From Bispira polyomma (Eukaryota): a DNA stretch of 64,000 bases. Below the pieces are notes generated by a model. That model was not told the origin of the DNA. It made no database searches and was given only the letters and a program-made list of their open reading frames with translations. The stretch covers positions 15,810,001-15,874,000 of the forward strand of contig OZ287753.1 in NCBI GenBank assembly GCA_965649765.1. Direction: 5' to 3'. Position numbers and translations under genes: made by a program. Within the stretch, counting starts at the first letter, position 1, and each line of letters opens with the position of its first letter. Positions 1-11,990 of the stretch are shown in pieces.

Positions 1-1527
1 AAAATCAAAGTTAAGTAATGAATAGTAAACTTAAAATTGAAAAGATACATTTTTTAGTTTTTACCGTTTTGGTTCTAAAATTTAAATATCTCCAATTGTT
101 TATGCATTAAAACTGCCAGTCTTGTAATTTTTTACACAGGTCAACAAATTTATTTTTGTAGTTTCATGTGGCCAAATTATTCTTGCATAACTTACCAGGA
201 TTACTGCTGGGACTTGAACACCTAATATATATGGGTGTATGGCTATACTTTAATGAAAAGGCATTTTAAATTACTCTTTCATTTGTTCTAAACTAAGCAA
301 GTGTTATAAATGACCATAAACCAGGAAAAACACTGAATTTTCCGAGTGCCAGGGAACCAGGTAAACATTTCAATTATCCTGAACAAGAATTACCTTGAAA
401 AAAGCAGGTCAGAGGGAGATGAAGATTGTTTTTTGTTAGTCTATTATGGACTAATAATTTTGGACACTGATGGGTATTTTCAGGTTCTGCGTGACATCTT
501 TAGGCTCTAGTAGTAACCATTTCGCTTAGCAATTTGACCTAATTTCTCATTAAGTCAGCTCTGATGAGTTACCGGACACAAGAATCTCAGAAGTAAAAGC
601 TTTTCAACATGAATCATGGTATATATACTTCAATTATTTCATTTTTCTTATGAAATAAATTTCTATCAGTTGACCTATATAGAAATATATTAAACATAAA
701 TATGAGACAAAAATATAATATTAACCGAGATAAGAAAGATATAAATTTCCATGAATATTATCAATAAATTTACACCCCATTATATAGTCCATCTTAGACC
801 CATTAAACAACATCGTGGCCCACAGCGAACCATTACATTAAAAGGTTTCCGACCTGAATAGACTGCAGTAGCAAATATTTTCAATCACCAAATGAGGAAT
901 ACCACCAATTATGGCAAAATTGGTATTTGTGTACACAAAAGTCAGGTTCAATGTAAAAGTCAAACTGAAATTGTGTATAAAAAACATGGTGACAGAAGTG
1001 TCTTTTGTACAGTTATCCCACAAGCAGAGTTACTAGGTATTCATGTCATTGGAGAAACTCATACAGAAACACAGGTCAGGTGCACTCATGCACAAGTGCC
1101 TAAACAAGGCCATGTTCAATTTATTTGGCATATTATTTGTTGAAGATCTACACAATTTGATACAGAAAAACTTTGAATTGCTATTTTGCAGTCCAAAAAT
1201 ATCCTTACCTATTGGACGAAATGTTATATTTTTGCTTTGGAAAATTAATGCTTGTTAATACATTTGTTGTTATATCAAGACACAAGACATATTTGTTGCC
1301 AAAAATCAAATATAATTAGTTACGAATTATATGACGCCATGTTATTTATTAGTGCTTATTTAAAGTATATTGCCTTTGTAAAAAAAAAAGCGGTAGTATT
1401 AATAAAATATGTACCTACAATACATAGTGTACATGTAAATGTCACATCAAAGTCAGAAAGACTGTAGAGTAATTTTCACCAACATTACCTGTATAGATAC
1501 AGAACTTCCACTATATGCATTACTTAC

Positions 1528-1641
1528 ATACACACTTATCCCCTCTTGCGCTGTAGCTTATTCCACAAGTGTCACATATGACATCCTGACTGTTTGCTCC
1601 CACGTGACACATTTGACAATTATTAATTTGACTTGAGCAAT
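1528..1641 (-). CDS. Internal exon (A-type module) of the Cys-rich repeat protein
   Basis: Long polypyrimidine tract (tttctctctctctt)AG and GTAAGT donor; 114 bp, phase 1-1. Encodes (D)CSSQINNCQMCHVGANSQDVICDTCGISYSARGDKCV. Confidence 0.88.
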
Positions 1642-2239
1642 CTAAGAGAGAGAGAAAGACAGAAAATAAAATATATAAAATGTATTGAATAATTCTTTTT
1701 GTTTAATGTCCGAATTTTTTTAATTGGTAACACACATTTTTAGTTTCTCATTAAAGCAGTGTCTGTTTTTATAAAAAAAATGTCTTTGCTAAATCTCAAG
1801 TGGCAATTATAACTGCTTATAGGCTTTTACCCATGTTTAAGCTATCTTTAAACTTCAACATGATCTTTTAAAAATATGGCATTGATACATTCCATTGTAC
1901 ATTTGGGCCGTATACAGAGCACACAGCAGAGAAAATGAAAAGGGGGATACTTTTTTATATGCTTAGACGCTTGTGACAAAGTATAGAAATCAGTAAAGTA
2001 CCAATTTTATGTAATATTTCAGACAAATAGTTCATACAAAGTGTAAGTGATATAAGACATATGAAGAGTATACAACATCGTAGTGTATACATATAATTTT
2101 TACTATTTCCCAAATGTGACTACTTGCCATTAAACATTTGAAGTACTTTTAGTATATTTGTCATGTATTATCTATCTATCTCCCATCTATCTATATATAT
2201 ATAGAGAGAGAGAAATACACATGTTTATAATTAATTCAC

Positions 2240-2362
2240 CTGCACAGACTGACCACTCTTGTGCAGGATCAGGGTATGTCCCATCCATACACTTTAGGCA
2301 AACAGGAGTCTCATTCTCATACTTTGCACACTGAGTACAGTTGTTAATTGTGTTGTCACAGC
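2240..2362 (-). CDS. Internal exon (B-type module) of the Cys-rich repeat protein
   Basis: ttgtAG acceptor and GTGAAT donor; 123 bp, phase 1-1. Encodes (G)CDNTINNCTQCAKYENETPVCLKCMDGTYPDPAQEWSVCA. Confidence 0.9.
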
Positions 2363-2897
2363 CTACAATATCTGTAAGTACAACATAACAGTATTAAATT
2401 GCAATCCTACCAGATATGAAAATACTTCGGGTGTTCTTATCTTCACTGGAATATATAATATTAATTGCTCAGACACTGTACATTTAAAATACATTGTGTG
2501 CATGGTGACCATACATTGACAATTTGCTGAACTTTGCGGTTGGGCAGTGCAGTTCATTGGAGGTAGTAGGTAGATGACCTTGAATTTGACTTTAATAGAC
2601 AGTGAAAGATACAGTTTGGAGTTTCATTCAATGCACATTAGTAAAAATATATACAAAGGATTTTGACAATATCATATTTTGTGTGTAAATGCAGGGATAA
2701 GAGATTTGGAAAAAGATATTAGCTCTATTATTTTTACCTCATCCCTGTTTTGTTAAGGTGCAACATATGGTATTAGCACATCAGCTTCATACATGTTAAC
2801 AGCTATATTTTCAATAATTTTTGAAGAGAGATAACCACAAATCTGGGGTTTCATAGAATTTAGTAAATATATGTATACAAACTGCAAGCAAACTTAC

Positions 2898-3014
2898 CTG
2901 CACATTTGTGGTTAAAGTTAAGGGCGTATCCATTATTGCACCGGTTACAGACAAGCTCTGCATGTTCTTTGTTCCATTCACAGTATTGGCAATTACTGAC
3001 TTGATGGTCACAAG
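2898..3014 (-). CDS. Internal exon (A-type module) of the Cys-rich repeat protein
   Basis: attcAG acceptor and GTAAGT donor; 117 bp, phase 1-1. Encodes (A)CDHQVSNCQYCEWNKEHAELVCNRCNNGYALNFNHKCA. Confidence 0.9.
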
Positions 3015-5102
3015 CTGAATTTATATATATAAATTGAAAACAGGCTTATTATGCTTTAGCAATTCAAAGTAGACTTCTTTTATCTGTTGTTTTATTTAAG
3101 ATTTGCATAACTCAAGAATTATTGCTTGAATTTATTTATTATTTTGCTCTATGTTATAGTTACAGAAACATACCACATACATGGACAGTGTGTTTTTGCT
3201 TTGTTTTTATATCTCTAATAACAGTTATAGAGTTGTCAATATTACATGTGAACGTTAATTATTAGCACAAATGCAAAATGGTTACATTAAAGTGTTTTAA
3301 TCTAATGTTTCGAATTAATTTTCATTTATATGATACGGGCAAATAAAATGATTAAATTCTAACATTAGCATCAGATATCATAATTGTCTCGACTGTTCAC
3401 AATCATAATCTGTTCAAGCTTCAGTAAAAACTCATGGACATCAGTATTTTATTGTATCATGGATTTTTAGCGTCTTATTGGTGAAGGCATCTTGTAAAGC
3501 ACAACAACAGAATCAGTTAACCCATAGAGAAATTCAAAACATAACCAAGGTGTTTAATGGAGAAAAAAGAAGGTATTTTTCCCCTTGTAAGATTAATAAA
3601 GGAAAGTCGAGTAGCAAAGTAGGAAGGCTGTTCAGAGATAACAGCTCTGAAAGTAGTTACATGAATTCAATGTAGCTTTTAGAGGTATGGAAAGACATCA
3701 GTACGGATGCTAAATTGAAAAATGACTCGACACAGATAGTTTCGAATAGATTGCAACTTGTTTATGTGAGACTTTTTCGCTCTGAGCAGAAGGAAATGGC
3801 CATACTCATGATGTAATTTAATTTTAATTTGTTCAAGCCTTTACAGATGAAAGACAGTCAGAAAGTAGACCCAAATTTATGTGAGCGTTGAGACGTAATA
3901 CAATTTTATCAACAACTGATTTAGGGATGATAGAAAATGTTTTTTTAGTTCTGTTTAACTAAATCTCAATGACGATATATCAATTTAGCAGAAGATATCA
4001 CAAATATTGTTTTATGAATATTATCACAAATAAAATTTAAATAATTTGATAAGTAACAGTATTCATGTTGATGATACATCATATCAATGTAATTATTACT
4101 AGAATATTACACCATAATGTAATTACAATAATGATACATTTTAGATATGATTAGGTACATTTCATGTACACCAATGTATATATAATCACAATAACATCGC
4201 ACTGTGTATTGCAAATCACTAGAATTCTTCACAGTTACAGTTTCACAGTTATTTGCTTATGTGATTCAATAGTTTGCTTTAACACAATAAATACTATCCT
4301 TTATATTTGTAATGTTTACATAAATAAAAAATATAACATAATTAGGAACATACACAGGAGCAGCATGTACGACACAATGAAATAATAATATTGAATGATA
4401 ATGTTTCAGATATTCTTTATTTCTCTAGCTATTATGTACTCACTTTTTACAGTTTTTTTTCCAAAACACAATATATTGCAATACCAGATAACGGCTAACT
4501 AATTACAATGGTTACAAAGTTTGTAATATGAAAGTAAACTAAGAGTCCACATATTGCTAGTTATTACACATTATCTCTTAATAATACAATTGATTTAGTT
4601 TATTTTCTCCAATATAGTTAGTTTTTTATATATTAATAATGAGATTTACCTTTACTTGTTGTTTGCAAATAAATTTAAAAAAAAGATTCTAGGTAATGTA
4701 CTCAATACTTAACTCGAATTAATATATCAAATAAACCTTTTAAACTATTTTATCAAAGTTAAAGTTCAAATATTTTCTTTTGAATAGTGAGGGTCCATTA
4801 CTGCAATATTTACTGCTGCTATAATGACATAATTCTTACTAACAAAATTATATCTAAACAAAAATTTTCTAATATATATATATATTTCAGACAGGCGTAT
4901 CAGAGATTATACTTAACACTAAAGGTATATTCTAAGTAAAAGGCATAACCTTGTGATATTCTAATATTAATGCAAGAACGAAAACAAGTACAATCACTAC
5001 TTGTTAATAATCCCAGTCTTTAATGATGTTACTGCAATTTTCAATGACACAACTGTAATTTATCACAAAATATATAAAAATAAAACAGATCTGTAAATTC
5101 AC

Positions 5103-5228
5103 CTTCACAAGATGCCCAGTGTTGTTTGGGATCAGGGTACTTGCCAGGGGTACATTCCATACAGAGAGGATATTCATGGTCCTGAGATAATATACATTCA
5201 GTGCAGCTTGCAATGAAGTCTTCACATC
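5103..5228 (-). CDS. Internal exon (B-type module) of the Cys-rich repeat protein
   Basis: attttAG acceptor and GTGAAT donor; 126 bp, phase 1-1. Encodes (R)CEDFIASCTECILSQDHEYPLCMECTPGKYPDPKQHWASCE. Confidence 0.9.
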
Positions 5229-7429
5229 CTAAAATATATCAATGCAGTTCCATGGCTTGGGTATTATCAGTTGAAAATGTCAAAAAGATAAAACATGTAT
5301 AGATGTATATACATACTGACTGGTCTATGTCATTAATGGTGACATTAATATAACAGCTGCGTATTTGGTCAGACGGAGTACATCACAAATTAATGTAAAC
5401 ATTACACTTGTGTTATAAGTTAAAACTTAGTTGAGTGTTTTAAAACTACTAACATGCACATGTGTACACCAACACAGTAAATACTAGTTATTCAAAGACC
5501 TCAGTCTAACATAACATATTAAAAACATACTTTGCCTGCCAACTATTTGAATGTCATCAAATAGTTTGAGGTAAAACGATTGAGTAATAACTTTTGTAGA
5601 GACAACCAGGTTGTGTTTTTATAAATTCCTAAATTTTCTTCATACTGTTTTGTGGCACCATAGTTAACAAAGTTACATCGCAATAATGATTACAACTTCA
5701 GGGAAATTCTCCTCTGCACAAAAATAACTAACAAAATACTGTGCATACAGGACTTCCCTATATTTATACGTTAAGCAAATCACCTCACTCCAAGCACAGC
5801 ATTATCTACCATGTGACTAAAAGTAAGCTAACCTAGGAGTAGATAAAATAAGTACTTGAGAGTGACAGCGAATAATGTTGACAATATTGTTATACAGAAT
5901 TTCTGGGATAAACAAACACACCCAAATTATGGAAAGGAGGTTGAGAGTCTATGAAAGACATTGTGTCAAAAGAATGAAATAAGATTCAACTAAAAGGAAT
6001 GTATGTGTTTTGTTATCTGTTGTTGTGGAGTTTTACAGATACTGTACTAATTTAAGCCACACTAGAGAACCCCCCAGGAATTGTCAATTAAGGAAATCCA
6101 GGCTTCCAACACAATACTCAATGTATATTAGAAATCAAATGAAAATTTGATTAATATTTAATGTATATTAAAAATAACATACAAACACACATTCATGATA
6201 TCAAAAAAATTGGTATCTCAGTATTTGCAAAACATTCACAGGCATTGTTCTAAATCTACCACAAAAGTATACTAGATCAGAGACTAAGTCTAGACTCAGC
6301 CATTTTCAGAATACTGCCTCTGATAACCTACACAAATACTCTCTTCTTTGCCATAAATAAGGTTAATATTTTTTGTCGCAAACTGTCTAAAACAACTGAG
6401 TATTTCATATATTTAGCATAAGGTTTCTGCAATTACATACTGTACCATTGCTTTGTAAATGTGCTACACAACTGGTTAGAAACTCAAATATTTATTCATT
6501 CAATTGCTTAAATAATTGAATTTTTAAGTCTTTACAGATTTAGGGAGATATCAGGAGATAGATTCACGGGTATTGATCAACCCTCTTATACTTTAATGTT
6601 GGGGAATGAAACCTAGACAATGCATCATACCAAAGGTTCCATAATACACACCCATACAGATATAATTTTTTAATGCTATTTATTCGTTTTTTACAGTTCA
6701 TTTACAGTTGCAACAATATTTATATAGTATATATAAGGACACAATAATACTGTAAAATATTGCCAACCATTAGTACAAACAATATAGCAGTACATTCAGA
6801 ATGAGAAAGTCTAGCCATTAGCATAAGCCCCATTGCTAAGTAGTAATAATAGGACAACCAAGACATCGGACCGCCTGGAGAATAGTATTAATTAGATTCT
6901 ATTTTGTATTGAAGAGTTCATATTTTAGGTTTATATTTCCTAGATATTCCTGTTTACAGTATATTTCCCTAATTTTTTAAAGTAATTCAGCCTTGTCAGG
7001 TTGACTGAGACTCGAGAGTATTGAAAAATATAATTTTTGGATATTAAATAGAGTAAGTTAATTGCTGTGTCCTCTATATGATATCCAAATAGAATATTTT
7101 ACGAGACATGTTTATATTTATTACTCAATAGACTCACCACATTCCCTGGATCCTATGGCAACTTACTAGGGAGGTGTAAAATTGTTTCTTTCCCCTTTAC
7201 CCCTAAACCAAACAATACAATTATCCTAAAAAAAATTGAAGTACACCTTGCAAGCCCTTTCCCAGTCAATGTGCCCTCCCCCCCCCTCCCCCCATCATTT
7301 TTTGGTCCCATTTAGTGTAGCATTAACTATAATTGTTACCACTCTACTGTTGCCGCATACCTCTATCTGATTTGTACAGTAATTGTATTTGAATGGGCTT
7401 AATGATTGAATCAGAATAATGTTATTCTT

Positions 7430-8330
7430 TTAGACACTTATTGAAACCTATGGTAGTACCAGAAAATCAACTGATATGTAGAATGTTACACTTTGAGAAA
7501 AACGATTCCCATTTTCATTACACTGTCTCATTATTGTAACCAATATGTATTACCTAAAACATGAAATAATTTAACTTACTCAAAAAACTTGATTAAATTC
7601 TGAAGAAAAAACATCTATGCCAGGTTTTTATTCACTCAGTTTTACTGGGCTTGGACTCTACAAGTTGTTTTTCTAAATCTGACAAAAGAATAGAGTAAGA
7701 TTTGTTTTTGGAATGTTATGGCCATTTTTTTTTTCTTTTATTGTTTTAACATATTTTTTTCATGTTCGAGGGTTCAGCTCTTCCTTTTTTGTGTTAAGAG
7801 GTCCATTATAAAAGCTTTTCATTCCTCTCAAGCAATTAATTTCGGAAATTAACATTTTTGTCATTTTTCCGTCGTTCTTCCTTTATGGTGTCTCACCCCT
7901 TACAATTAGTAGTTAAGTGTTTCTAGAAAAACATCATTATGATGTTATAGTTATTTATATTGTGGACAGGATATGCATAATTTGAGACTTTGAGATTTCT
8001 GGATCCAGCAAGATTCATATTGCAACTTAATAGGGTATAGTCTTGGACTTTATTTTTACATTCAAAAAAGACTGGCGAGTCCTTGTTGGATGCATATACC
8101 ATTAAAAGTTTAATTTTCATCTCATTTAGCTTTAAGTTAATTAGGTTTCCCGAGCTGCCAAAATGTAAATTGCTAATACTATGTTCAAATGTGTTACTTG
8201 TTAGTATGGTTACACCCCGTGTTACTTCCATTAATATAACATTGGCCATAATACTTATTGATTATATGGGGTTGTTATATTAATTTAATACATTGATCCA
8301 TTTCTTAAAATATATGACACATTTGCCTGA
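7430..8330 (-). mobile_element. Decayed L1/Tx1 LINE fragment (AP endonuclease region)
   Basis: ORF 7923-8249 reads RGVTILTSNTFE...SSGNLI...MVYASNKDSPVFF, matching the L1-type APE motifs RGVAIL and N.YAPN.D...FF. Disrupted; boundaries approximate. Confidence 0.6.
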
Positions 8331-8453
8331 CCAATCCATTATAATCTCTGAAACATTTCAATACTGTACAAATACAATATCAACAATATCATACAATACC
8401 AAATATAGTTTTAATTAACACTGAAAACTTTTGTGATAGCATACTACAAAGAA

Positions 8454-8703
8454 TTTGAATTTGGATATTTAATGTCCACTCTAGTACCTTTTAGTAGGTT
8501 ATATTGGGACGGGTAGTTGGAAACGCTGGAGGAAACACTGCATACAGTTGATCAAGGTTCTGCAGAGAAACCAGCGGCCCACAGTAAGGAACTACCACCT
8601 TTCCCACATAGGCATCGACAGGATTCGAACTCATGCCGCCCAGAGGTGAGAGACTAGTGATTGTGAAGCGCATTGCTTGCTAACCACTAGGCCACCGCGG
8701 CCC
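8454..8703 (-). mobile_element. tRNA-derived SINE, copy 1, with 15-bp TSD
   Basis: Minus strand has A box TGGCCTAGTGG and B box GAGTTCGAATCC. GCATACTACAAAGAA is duplicated at 8439-8453 and 8704-8718. Homologous copies lie at ~15.2 kb and ~49.3 kb. Confidence 0.9.
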
Positions 8704-8929
8704 GCATACTACAAAGAAATGGCATTTTACATAGAATAGTAATTCCGTTCTAATAGTAGTTGTTTATTTTGCAAGATTTCCTAGAAAATTTTAGAGAGGG
8801 ATTAATTATAAAAATATGTTAAAATATTCACTTCATCTCTATTGCCCTCTATCCACGAACACTGCATGAAGCATAGCTAAATTATGGAAAGTCACTAGAA
8901 TGTTGAACATATTTGTAATTAATACATAC

Positions 8930-9076
8930 TTGAACATTTCTGGTATGGATCAACAAAATAGCCTTCATTGCACTCTTTACAGATACGCTCTCGACCCTCC
9001 CCACTACCACTGCTACTACCATCATCACCATCATTCCAATCACAGTATCTGCAGTTGCTGATGTCAGCGCTGCAAG
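8930..9076 (-). CDS. Internal exon (A-type module) of a Cys-rich furin-like/VSP-like repeat protein
   Basis: tgtttAG acceptor and GTATGT donor; 147 bp, phase 1-1. Encodes xCSADISNCRYCDWNDGDDGSSSGSGEGRERICKECNEGYFVDPYQKCS and splices in frame to 5103-5228. Confidence 0.88.
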
Positions 9077-9364
9077 CTAAACATATATTGATTTTGTGTT
9101 ACATTTTGTCACCTACCAAAGTACTTTAGTCCCAAGATATCTCTGTAGACTTCTGTCATTAGTACCAGACACAGTAATCCTGATTAGTTGAATGTTCCAC
9201 ACCATTGATGCACTGATCTAAGGTATTTTTGGACAGTAGCTTTTGTCATGATGCACCCAAGCATACCATAACTACCATATATATGTACAGATTTGCCAAA
9301 CAAATTTATTTATTTGGCAAAGACTTTTCACCATATGTGCGCATTGGAACACCATTATCTTTTT

Positions 9365-9560
9365 GTATCTAATTAAATTTTTATTACGCTTATCTAAGGC
9401 GCATGAGACAGGAAATCATTTTCCATATAGCTATTGGCATACAGGGGTCATGACCATGGATATGTTGGAACAGGTAACAAGGCTATGGTGGAAAAGCCTT
9501 ACTAAACAAGTAGGTTTTGAGCTTTTTCCTAAACTAGGTGATAGATAATTGGAATAGATT
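9365..9560 (-). mobile_element. L2-clade LINE 3' end
   Basis: Reads FRKKLKTYLFSKAFPP* followed by a 3' UTR similar to the one at 51170-51360. Confidence 0.7.
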
Positions 9561-9793
9561 GTTTGAGGTGCTAGGGATTGCAGTGGACTACAATATATAT
9601 ACTTTACAAAAGGATTAATTTTATGATTTTCCTAAACTCTGCACACTTTTGTGATTCTAAATTGATGTATTTTTTTTTTGTTTAAATGCCAGCTGGTATC
9701 TTAAAGCATAACTTGTCATGGTATTGTGAGTTCCCAACATACTTATATATTATGTAAGTGGTAAATCTGCGAATATTGTCAAGTTTAAAGTAT

Positions 9794-10243
9794 TAAGAAC
9801 AGTGAAACTACCTTTTTGCACACAACAATGAAAGTATTTTAAGACGGCATGCTATTTTAGCCAGTCTTGGTTTTATGCAAGGTGATACTGCTTAGACCTT
9901 TAATTCCAGGTTAGTAAATCTGCTTTTCGTCATTACCAACTGAGTGCCAACCAGGAAGTAACTAAGATGGGGGATATGCCAGTCTGAACAAGTGAGTCTT
10001 GAGCTGGCTTCAAAAACCTAAGAACAGTGAAACTACCTTTTTGCACACAACAATGAAAGTATTTTAAGACGGCATGCTATTTTAGCCAGTCTTGGTTTTA
10101 TGCAAGGTGATACTGCTTAGACCTTTAATTCCAGGTTAGTAAATCTGCTTTTCGTCATTACCAACTGAGTGCCAACCAGGAAGTAACTAAGATGGGGGAT
10201 ATGCCAGTCTGAACAAGTGAGTCTTGAGCTGGCTTCAAAAACC
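9794..10243. repeat. Essentially perfect 225-bp tandem duplication
   Basis: 9794-10018 is repeated at 10019-10243 (TAAGAACAGTGAAACTACC...GGCTTCAAAAACC). Confidence 0.92.
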
Positions 10244-10249
10244 TAAAAG

Positions 10250-11990
10250 TGTCTGCTGGGATCTGACATTTTGACTTGATTAAGGAAGATAGGTAGGGAT
10301 GTTAGGAATAGTTAATAGCCTTAAAAAATAGCAGGTTGTAATTAAAAAAAATGCCAGTGGAGTTTTTGAAGGTAAGGGGTGACATGGCTGAATTTGTCAA
10401 GTCTGTAAACAATACGACAGAGAGCATTTTGGACTCTCTAGAGTTTGGCAATATTAGCCTTACTGACCCTGTATAGTAAAGAGTTGCAGTAGTCCAAGCG
10501 ACTACTGACCATAGCATTTACCACCAGAACTGCAGTATCAGCGCTAAGGAATCTACAAATTCGTCACAAGTCACGTAGATGATAGTAACAGGCACAGCAA
10601 ACCTTGGCAATATGATTGTTAAAGGAGTTGTCTGAGTCAAAGATGACACCCAGGTTTTTTACCTCCGCTGACAGAGTGACATTGTTTTCGAGGAATGAAA
10701 TAGGAAATCTTGGCGTAAATGACTCTGTGGTGGGTTTGTTACCTATAATAATTACGTATTATTTTGCAAAGTCCATCCACTCCTGGACTGATTTTAAACA
10801 GTCAGTGAGCTCGGAAATACTTGAGTCAACCATTCAGGTGATGGGTAACATTAAAGTTTTAAATGACTTGACTAAGTGGGGTAGTGTACAAGGTAAAAAG
10901 CAGAGGACGCAAGACAAAACCTTGGGGGAGCAGAAAAACCCTAGAAAAAATGCTACCAATTTTGATTTAGGAGGTAGGATTTGATCCACAGTAATACAGT
11001 CCCATCAATTCCAAACCAGTCCGATAAACAGTCATATAAAATAGAGTGATCGATGGTGTCAAAAGCTGCAGAGGGGTCTAGTAATGTAAGGGCCACTGCC
11101 TTTCCCAAGTTGACTGAAGTAGCTATATCATTTTGAATCTTGAGTAGAACGGTCTCTGTGAAGTGGGAACTCTTGTATGCAGATTGGTTAACATTTGCAA
11201 TACCTTCTTGGGAGATGAATCCATTAAGCTGTTTAGCCACGACCTTCTCAATGAGTTTTAAAATAAAACTGAGATTTGACACCAGTCTGTAGTTCTTTAG
11301 GATGTTTCTGTAAAGGCTAGGATTTTTTAAATAAAGGGGTGACATGAGCAGTCTTAAAGCAGTTTGGAAAACTGCCCTCCTTGAGTGAGTAAATGACAAT
11401 GTTGGTAATAGCAGTTATGAGTATGTCAATACACTCCTTGACCAGTGAGGTCGGAATGGGGTCGAGGTCACATGATTTAGAGGGGGAGGATTGTAAAGTT
11501 TGAGCAAGTCCTGCTCAGATACTGGTGTAAAAGTAGACAAAGTGTGTTTTATGAGGTCAGGTCTAGTGATTGCCGCTGATAATGAAGAATGTAATGTGGG
11601 CCTAATCTTGACTATTTTCTTTAAAAAAAGTTACCAAGTCGGCAAGGTTTGTGTAGTCTGGCAAAACAACTGCCGAGGATTTATCTAGAATGGTTCTTTG
11701 GGATGGCAACAGTAAAGGTGATTGCCAGGTGATCTGATAAACTGCCTACTACTTTTAAGCAAACAGCTGGCGAAAGGGATTCCCTGATGCACAAAACATC
11801 CAGGGTGTGGCCGTGAATGTGTGTAGAGGAATTAATTTCTATTATGCAAAGATATTGAAAAGTCAGTTTTATCTGTGCTAGTGTGGTATACTGTGGTATG
11901 AATGTGTGTAGGGGAATTAATTTCTATTATGCAAAGATATTGAAAAGTCAGTTTTATCTGTGCTAGTGTAGTTTTCTATATCAAAGATTT
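10250..11990 (-). mobile_element. Degenerate L2-clade LINE ORF2 (APE remnant plus RT)
   Basis: Motifs THIHGHTLDV (~11790-11820), CDLDPIPTSLVKEC, LKNYRLVSNLSFILKLIEKVV, NQSAYK..HFTET and LLD.SAAFDTIDH; many stops and frameshifts. Contains an internal 85-bp-period duplication at 11814-11969. Confidence 0.85.

Noticed and set aside
196-221. 26-bp candidate next exon of the Cys-rich gene (AG...GTAAGT)
   Set aside because: Weak acceptor; the phase does not give the expected x-C module start and there is no 6-Cys pattern.
3478-3675. Short plus-strand ORFs in the introns (also 892-1636 and 4164-4385)
   Set aside because: No recognisable domains; consistent with chance ORFs in AT-rich DNA or decayed repeats.
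8600-8703. tRNA gene
   Set aside because: A and B boxes are present, but they are the head of a dispersed SINE with TSDs and there is no convincing cloverleaf.
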